Shown in pieces: positions 58,623 through 64,000 of a stretch of DNA of 64,000 bases; position 1 is the first letter of the stretch, and each line of letters begins with the position of its first letter. Origin of the DNA: an uncultured Gammaproteobacteria bacterium (GTDB taxonomy: Bacteria; Patescibacteriota; Microgenomatia; JAMCZE01); the NCBI GenBank assembly GCA_964576435.1, contig CAZNUP010000001.1, positions 442,259 to 506,258 of the forward strand. The letters are read 5' to 3'. The notes beneath the pieces were generated by a model. The model was not told where the DNA came from. It saw only the letters and a list, made by a program, of their open reading frames with translations, and searched no databases. The position numbers and the translations under genes are program-made.

Positions 58623-59481
58623 ATTATCGATTATCATCCTCACATTTAATAATGAGACTGATCTCCCAGTCTGCTTAAATTCAATTTATGAAAGCGGGTT
58701 TTTAAAAAACTGGGAAGTAATTGTTATTGATAACAACTCCGAAGATAAAACAGTTTCCAATTTAAAAGACAACCTCAAAAAATATGAGAATTTAACAATC
58801 ATCGAAAACAAAGAAAATCTGGGTTTTGGCCCTGCAAATAATTTAGCAGCCAAAAAAGCTAATGGTGACTATGTGCTTTTCTTAAATCCAGACACCAAGT
58901 TGGAAAAAGACGCTATCGGTGGACCCTTAAATTATTTAAAGGAACACATTGGTGTAGGGGCAGTGAGTGCTAAGTTGGTTTTAGGTAATGGAAAGATAGA
59001 TTTGACTTGTCATAGAGGTGAACCAACTCCCTGGAACTCATTTTGCTACTTTTCGGGACTATCTAAATTGTTTCCAAAAAGCGCCACATTTTCTGGTTAT
59101 TATCTAGGAAATTTAGATTTGACCAAGGAATCTGAAGTTGAAAGTATTAACGGCGCCTATTTTATGCTCCCAAAAGAGGTGGGTACAAAGCTTAGCTGGT
59201 TTGATGAAGATTTTTACTGGAAAGGTGAGGACTTGGATTTATCTTACCGGATTAAAGAGCTAGGCTTAAAGATTGTTTACCTTCCAGAATTTGTCGTCCA
59301 CCACTACAAGGGTTCATCTAAAGGTCATAAACGGGGTAGTAAAACCCTAGAATCAAGATTCGAAGTCATGCGCCTTTTCTATGACAAACATTACAAAAAT
59401 AAATACCCTTCCTGGATGAGGAATTTTGTGCTAGCTGGAATTAAAGCACGTTATTTACTAGCTTATATAACAGGCAAATGA
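58597..59481 (+). CDS. GT2 family glycosyltransferase
   Basis: LSIIILTFNNETDL...VIVIDNNSEDKT and LNPDTKL. Confidence 0.7.
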   Translation: MKKQPGKIELSIIILTFNNETDLPVCLNSIYESGFLKNWEVIVIDNNSEDKTVSNLKDNLKKYENLTIIENKENLGFGPANNLAAKKANGDYVLFLNPDTKLEKDAIGGPLNYLKEHIGVGAVSAKLVLGNGKIDLTCHRGEPTPWNSFCYFSGLSKLFPKSATFSGYYLGNLDLTKESEVESINGAYFMLPKEVGTKLSWFDEDFYWKGEDLDLSYRIKELGLKIVYLPEFVVHHYKGSSKGHKRGSKTLESRFEVMRLFYDKHYKNKYPSWMRNFVLAGIKARYLLAYITGK

Positions 59482-59972
59482 ACATTGTAATTGATGCCAG
59501 ATTTTGGGGAGGAAAACATACCGGCCTTGGAATTTACACTAAAAATTTGGTCGAGAACCTAGAAAAGATCGACAAAAAGAACACCTATACACTCCTAGTG
59601 CGAGAAAAGGTTGAAAGCACATTTAATCAAATTATTGTCGATATCGATGCCTATTCATTAAAAGAACAATTTTCCCTTTTGCCAATTCTCTACAAATTAA
59701 AACCAGATTTAGTTCATTTCCCCAGTATTAATATCCCAGTTCTCTATTTTCGTAAATATGTAGTCACAGTTCACGATCTTATTAAACACGATTCAAAAGG
59801 AACAGACACAACAACCAAGTCGTCACTAACATACTGGGTTAAATACCTGGGGTACCGTTTTGTTTTTTGGTGGGCAACCACTTTTGCTAAAAAAATAATT
59901 GTTCCCTCGAATGCCGTAAAGAATAGGTTAAATAAACCAAACGTAATTGTGACATATGAAGCTGCCGAATAA
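59478..59972 (+). CDS. GT4 glycosyltransferase N-terminal (Glyco_trans_4-like) half; split or frameshifted gene, part 1
   Basis: MNIVIDARFWGGKHTGLGIYTKNL is a typical GT4 N-domain. It ends at a stop 17 nt inside the next ORF. Confidence 0.5.
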   Translation: MNIVIDARFWGGKHTGLGIYTKNLVENLEKIDKKNTYTLLVREKVESTFNQIIVDIDAYSLKEQFSLLPILYKLKPDLVHFPSINIPVLYFRKYVVTVHDLIKHDSKGTDTTTKSSLTYWVKYLGYRFVFWWATTFAKKIIVPSNAVKNRLNKPNVIVTYEAAE

Positions 59973-60465
59973 ATACGCGCTCTATATTGGAAACGCTTAT
60001 CCTCATAAAAACCTTGAGTTTTTAATTAAAGCATGGGAGGGAATTGACATGCCTTTAGTTTTAGCAGGAGGAAGGTCAGTCTTTTATGACAGACTAGAAA
60101 AAAAGATTACCTCAAAAAACATTATTCATGTGGGTTTTGTGGAAGATCTAACAGATCTTTACAAAAATGCCGAAGTTTTCATTTTTCCAACTCTCATGGA
60201 AGGTTTCGGTCTTCCACCTCTTGAAGCAATGAAGCATAAAGTTCCAGTAGTTTGTTCAGATATCCCGGTACTGAGGGAGGTTTTAGGAGATGCCGCTCTC
60301 TATTTTGATCCAAGAAATCCCCAAGATTTAAAAGAAAAACTCGAAGAAGTAAAAGAAAAAAGATCAGAATTAATTAAAAAAGGACTCGATCAGGTTAGTA
60401 AATATTCTTGGCAAAAGATGGCCGAGGAAACACTCAAGGTTTATGAAAGTTGCGCTAGTTTATGA
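59956..60465 (+). CDS. GT4 glycosyltransferase C-terminal (Glycos_transf_1) half; split or frameshifted gene, part 2
   Basis: KYALYIGNAYPHKN...EGFGLPPLEAMKHKVPVVCSDIPVLREV. It is in the +1 frame relative to part 1. Confidence 0.5.
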   Translation: MKLPNKYALYIGNAYPHKNLEFLIKAWEGIDMPLVLAGGRSVFYDRLEKKITSKNIIHVGFVEDLTDLYKNAEVFIFPTLMEGFGLPPLEAMKHKVPVVCSDIPVLREVLGDAALYFDPRNPQDLKEKLEEVKEKRSELIKKGLDQVSKYSWQKMAEETLKVYESCASL

Positions 60466-61516
60466 CCGCGTGAACAAATGGGGTGGGGCTGAGTCAGTGC
60501 TTTTAGCACTTCACGAGGTTTTTCCAGATGCACCACTTTACACCTCAGTCTATGCAAAAGATAAAACTCCCTGGGCGGATGTATTTGATGTTAAACCTTC
60601 TTTCTTGCAAAAACTTCCTCTTCCAAAAGATAAACATGAATACTACCCATTCTTAATGGGTCCCGCCTTTGAAGCATTTAATTTTGATGGCTTCGATATA
60701 GTAATTTCCATAACCCACGAATCAGCAAAAGCAGTGATCACCAAACCCGAAACCATGCACATTTGCTACTGTTTGACTCCGACAGGCTATCTATGGTCAG
60801 GAGTCGATTCCTATTTAAAACCAGGTCTTAAAAAAACTCTTTTGTCTCCAGTTTTAAGATACATGCGCTTTTATGACAAAATAATCTCCAAAAGACCAGA
60901 CCACTTTATTGGCATCTCAAAAACCGTTCAGGAAAGAATCAAAAAATATTATGGTTTAGAAAGTAGTTTAGTTTACCCGCCCGTAACACTTGGTAAAGTT
61001 TCAAAGCCTGGTGATTTCTTTTTGATTGTTTCAAGGCTTGTCCCCAATAAACGAATTGATATTGCTGTTGAAGCTTTTAATAAGCTAGGTTCTCCTCTTA
61101 AAATCATAGGAACAGGTAGAGAATTTGAAAATCTTAAAGGAAGGGCTAAATCCAATATTGAATTTCTAGGTCATTTGACAGATACAGAGGTTAACAAATA
61201 TTATGAAAGCTGCAAAGCTTTTATTCTGCCAGGTCTCGAAGATTTTGGTATCACACCAGTTGAAGCTCAAAGCTATGGTAAACCAGTAGTAGCATTTAGA
61301 GGTGGGGGAGCAACTGAAACAGTTATCGAAGAAAAAACTGGGTTTTTCTTTGACAAACAGTCACCGGAGTCGTTAGTAGAGACAATTAAAAAAGCTAAAT
61401 TTGATACTATAGACCCAAGGGACTGCGCTAAAAACGCAGTTAAGTTTTCTAAAGATAGGTTTAAAGAAGAATTTAGGGAAAAGATAGAAGCTGAATGGAA
61501 ATCTTATAAAAGATGA
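60443..61516 (+). CDS. GT4 family glycosyltransferase
   Basis: MKVALVYDRVNKWGGAESVL N-terminus and EDFGITPVEAQSYGKPVVAF. Confidence 0.75.
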   Translation: MKVALVYDRVNKWGGAESVLLALHEVFPDAPLYTSVYAKDKTPWADVFDVKPSFLQKLPLPKDKHEYYPFLMGPAFEAFNFDGFDIVISITHESAKAVITKPETMHICYCLTPTGYLWSGVDSYLKPGLKKTLLSPVLRYMRFYDKIISKRPDHFIGISKTVQERIKKYYGLESSLVYPPVTLGKVSKPGDFFLIVSRLVPNKRIDIAVEAFNKLGSPLKIIGTGREFENLKGRAKSNIEFLGHLTDTEVNKYYESCKAFILPGLEDFGITPVEAQSYGKPVVAFRGGGATETVIEEKTGFFFDKQSPESLVETIKKAKFDTIDPRDCAKNAVKFSKDRFKEEFREKIEAEWKSYKR

Positions 61517-62154
61517 AAAGACTTTATATTTTTAAGCGAGTTCTTGATCTTGTTGCTGGTTCAATTCTTTTAATCCTTCTCTCCCCGATTATGGTTCTAA
61601 TTGCTATTGCAGTTAAACTTGATTCCGCTGGTCCCGTTTTTGCAGATACGCCCATGAGATCGGGAAAAGATGGAAAGCTGTTTAGGCTTTATAAATTCCG
61701 TTCTATGATTCCAAACGCCCAAGAGCTTTTGATGACCGACCCAAAAATGAAAAAACTTTTTGAGGAGTACAAAAAAAATAACTACAAATTGAAAAACGAT
61801 CCCCGTGTTACAAGAGTAGGTTCATTTATAAGAAAGCATTCAATTGATGAATTTCCACAACTCTTTAACGTTTTAGGTGGAACAATGAGCCTTGTTGGTC
61901 CGAGGCCTTATTACGAGTTTGAAATCAAAGAGCAAATCCAAAAGTATCCTCACTTGAAAGACGACATTGAAGCTATGCACACTGTGCTTCCAGGAGTAAC
62001 TGGTGAATGGCAAGTCTCGGGAAGAAGTGAAATTGATTTTGAAAAAAGAATTCAAATGGATGCCGACTACGCTAGAAGAAAAAACATATTAGACGACATA
62101 GTAATCTTAATCAAAACTCCTTGGGCTGTCATATCAGGCAAAGGGGCTTATTAA
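61513..62154 (+). CDS. Initiating polyprenyl-phosphate sugar-1-phosphate transferase (small monotopic PGT, PglC/WbaP C-domain-like)
   Basis: [36 protein letters not shown] (re-entrant helix), [25 protein letters not shown] and the catalytic dyad region. Confidence 0.85.
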   Translation: MKRLYIFKRVLDLVAGSILLILLSPIMVLIAIAVKLDSAGPVFADTPMRSGKDGKLFRLYKFRSMIPNAQELLMTDPKMKKLFEEYKKNNYKLKNDPRVTRVGSFIRKHSIDEFPQLFNVLGGTMSLVGPRPYYEFEIKEQIQKYPHLKDDIEAMHTVLPGVTGEWQVSGRSEIDFEKRIQMDADYARRKNILDDIVILIKTPWAVISGKGAY

Positions 62155-62155
62155 G

Positions 62156-62184
62156 TTGAACAACTGTTATATTTTTGGCATAAT
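62156..62184 (+). promoter_or_regulatory. Candidate promoter TTGAAC-17-CATAAT
   Basis: TTGAAC at 62156-62161 and CATAAT at 62179-62184, 50 nt upstream of the ATG at 62235. Confidence 0.45.
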
Positions 62185-62234
62185 GATCTTTCTTGGCATT
62201 TAAATCTTAGGTTTCAGCTAATTTTCAGCAAATT

Positions 62235-64000
62235 ATGGAAGAATTAAGAGTAGAAACAGTTGAAGAAAGTATCAAAGATGGGGAAGGTGGATCCCCACAA
62301 AAACCCATGCAGGAAAAGAAAAAACTCCCAAAGAAAAAGATTTTAGTTGTCCTAGGCATTGTCCTTGGAGTCTTTTTAGTTGTCTTTGGTTTCTTAGGTT
62401 TAATTCTTGGAATCCCCCTCTATAAAACCTATCAAGACGGAATGGTAGCCTATTCAGAAGCTAAAACCATCAATGTTGCTCTTAAAGATCAGGATGTCAA
62501 AAAACTAAATACGGCAATAACCAATACAAACGCAAAATTGGCAGTTGTCCAAAATGACCTAAAAGGTGTGGCTTGGGCCACTAATTTACCAATTGTCGGA
62601 GCCTACATTTCAGATGCAACGCACGGAGCAAACGCTGCTTCCTACGGTTTAGAAGCAGGCCAAGTTGCTGTAAAAGCTCTTGAACCTTATGCTGATCTTC
62701 TAGGCCTTGATGGCAAAGCAAAAGCTGGGAATGGAACAACCGAAGATAGAATTTCCAAATTAGTTGAAACTCTAGATAAAATCACACCTCAAATCGACGC
62801 CATCTCTAAAAAGATGGACAAAGTAGAAACTGAAGTTGCTTACATTGATCCAAATAGATACCCGGTGTCTTTTGGTGGCAAACAAATTAGAGGAAATATC
62901 ATTGAGGCTAAAGAACTTGTGGCCTTGGCAAGCCAATTCCTAAAAGAAGCAAAACCGCTAGCAAAAGACATGCCAGCGCTTCTTGGGGCAGACAAAGAAG
63001 CTAAGTACATGGTTATCTTCCAAAACGACAAAGAGCTAAGACCAACTGGTGGATTCATAACTGCCTATGCAGTCTTTAATATTAACAAAGGGAAAATTAG
63101 TCTTGATAAATCAGATGACATTTACAAATTAGATGACACAATAACTAAAAAAGTCTCACCTCCGGAACCAATCAGTAAATACTTAAATGTATTCCAGTGG
63201 AGATTAAGAGATGCTAACTTCTCTCCCGATTATGGAAGCTCCGCCAAGACTTTCCTAGATATTTATAACTCCTCAACCAGCAAGAAAGATGTTAAAGGTG
63301 TAATCGCCATGGACACTCAAGGTCTAGTAGGTTTGATGGACGTTTTAGGACCAGTGAATATTTATGGCACTAACTTTACAACTCAAAAAGTTCCAGCTTG
63401 CGATTGCCCAATGGTTGTTTATGAACTCTTAAAGCAAGCCGGTCAACCAAGAAACTATTGGACCGACAACCGAAAAGACATGATTGGAGTTCTTCTCCAA
63501 GCAATTATGAAGAAAGCGCTTGATGCCCCAAGTGAAGTTAATGGTCCACTTTTCCAACAAGGATTAAAACTCGCCAATGAAAAACATATATTATTCTTCT
63601 TGACTGATGAGAACGATCAAAAAGGTGTGGAGAGTCTTGGATTTGCAGGGAAGATCAAAACATCAGACGGAGACTATTTGCACATTAATGATGCCAATCT
63701 TGGTGGAGCAAAGTCCAATCTCTATATCACTCAAGCAGTCAAACAAGACGTTAAGATTACAGATTCTGGTGCCGACGAAATCTTAACAATTGATTACAAA
63801 TACCCAAGACAAGGTGATAATTGTTCATTAGAAAGAAAAGAAGGTTTGTGTCTAGCTGGAATCTACAGAGACTATTTGAGAATCTATTTACCAAAAGGGT
63901 CTAAAGTAAATGAAGTTAGAGGATTCGAAACCGCTAAACCTGAAATCTATGAAGATCTTGGCCACACAGTTGTTGCTGGATTCTTTACAGTTGTCCCACA
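62235..64000 (+). CDS. DUF4012-like secreted/membrane-anchored protein (3' end truncated by the window edge)
   Basis: Open frame from the ATG at 62235 to the window end, absent from the ORF track because there is no stop. N-terminal TM ILVVLGIVLGVFLVVFGFLGLIL. YMVIFQNDKELRPTGGFITAYAVFNINKGKI matches the DUF4012 'lqNnaElRptGGfig' core. Confidence 0.5.
   Translation, partial: MEELRVETVEESIKDGEGGSPQKPMQEKKKLPKKKILVVLGIVLGVFLVVFGFLGLILGIPLYKTYQDGMVAYSEAKTINVALKDQDVKKLNTAITNTNAKLAVVQNDLKGVAWATNLPIVGAYISDATHGANAASYGLEAGQVAVKALEPYADLLGLDGKAKAGNGTTEDRISKLVETLDKITPQIDAISKKMDKVETEVAYIDPNRYPVSFGGKQIRGNIIEAKELVALASQFLKEAKPLAKDMPALLGADKEAKYMVIFQNDKELRPTGGFITAYAVFNINKGKISLDKSDDIYKLDDTITKKVSPPEPISKYLNVFQWRLRDANFSPDYGSSAKTFLDIYNSSTSKKDVKGVIAMDTQGLVGLMDVLGPVNIYGTNFTTQKVPACDCPMVVYELLKQAGQPRNYWTDNRKDMIGVLLQAIMKKALDAPSEVNGPLFQQGLKLANEKHILFFLTDENDQKGVESLGFAGKIKTSDGDYLHINDANLGGAKSNLYITQAVKQDVKITDSGADEILTIDYKYPRQGDNCSLERKEGLCLAGIYRDYLRIYLPKGSKVNEVRGFETAKPEIYEDLGHTVVAGFFTVVP

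Noticed and set aside
1-64000. CRISPR arrays, rRNA and tRNA genes
   Set aside because: No run of regularly spaced direct repeats, no rRNA-like conserved blocks and no convincing cloverleaf candidates were seen on either strand.

Overview
This AT-rich, lysine-codon-rich window is almost entirely a roughly 62 kb glycan-biosynthesis island. Compactness, weak or absent Shine-Dalgarno sequences and several apparently leaderless promoters fit a Patescibacteria/CPR-like genome, but taxonomy cannot be proven from sequence alone. GC content was not computed.

The island (61..62154, about 50 genes) is mostly on the + strand, with many ATGA/TAATG start-stop overlaps indicating translational coupling. 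I can support roughly 25 GT-A/GT-B glycosyltransferases: GT2, GT4, a CgeB-like GT, one strongly recognisable GT6 and one GT11 alpha-1,2-fucosyltransferase. There are about 10 paralogous GT-C (PMT_2/ArnT/PIG-V-like) integral-membrane transferases and 3-4 DPM1/GtrB-like polyprenyl-phosphate sugar synthases. A small PglC/WbaP-type initiating phosphoglycosyltransferase sits at the 3' end. There is a Wzm/Wzt ABC exporter whose Wzt carries a C-terminal extension, and also a Wzx flippase. An O-antigen-ligase/O-oligosaccharyltransferase-like domain is fused to a GT-C domain. Six SAM methyltransferases, two LbH acetyltransferases, a GNAT, an MBOAT plus AlgX/AlgJ-like O-acylation pair, and heptose-precursor genes (GmhA-like, HddA-like GHMP kinase, SDR) complete the set.

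An opposite-strand block (43266..50489) interrupts the island. It holds a 1565-aa protein with two tandem MutS-domain-V-type ABC ATPase modules and a large unassigned N-terminal region. It also holds an HTH-Nudix protein, a kinase-fold protein and a small + strand ORF driven by a perfect sigma70-like promoter. A roughly 35-nt conserved intergenic repeat occurs twice in this block.

No rRNA, tRNA, CRISPR array, integrase or transposase was recognised. The window ends inside a DUF4012-like ORF.
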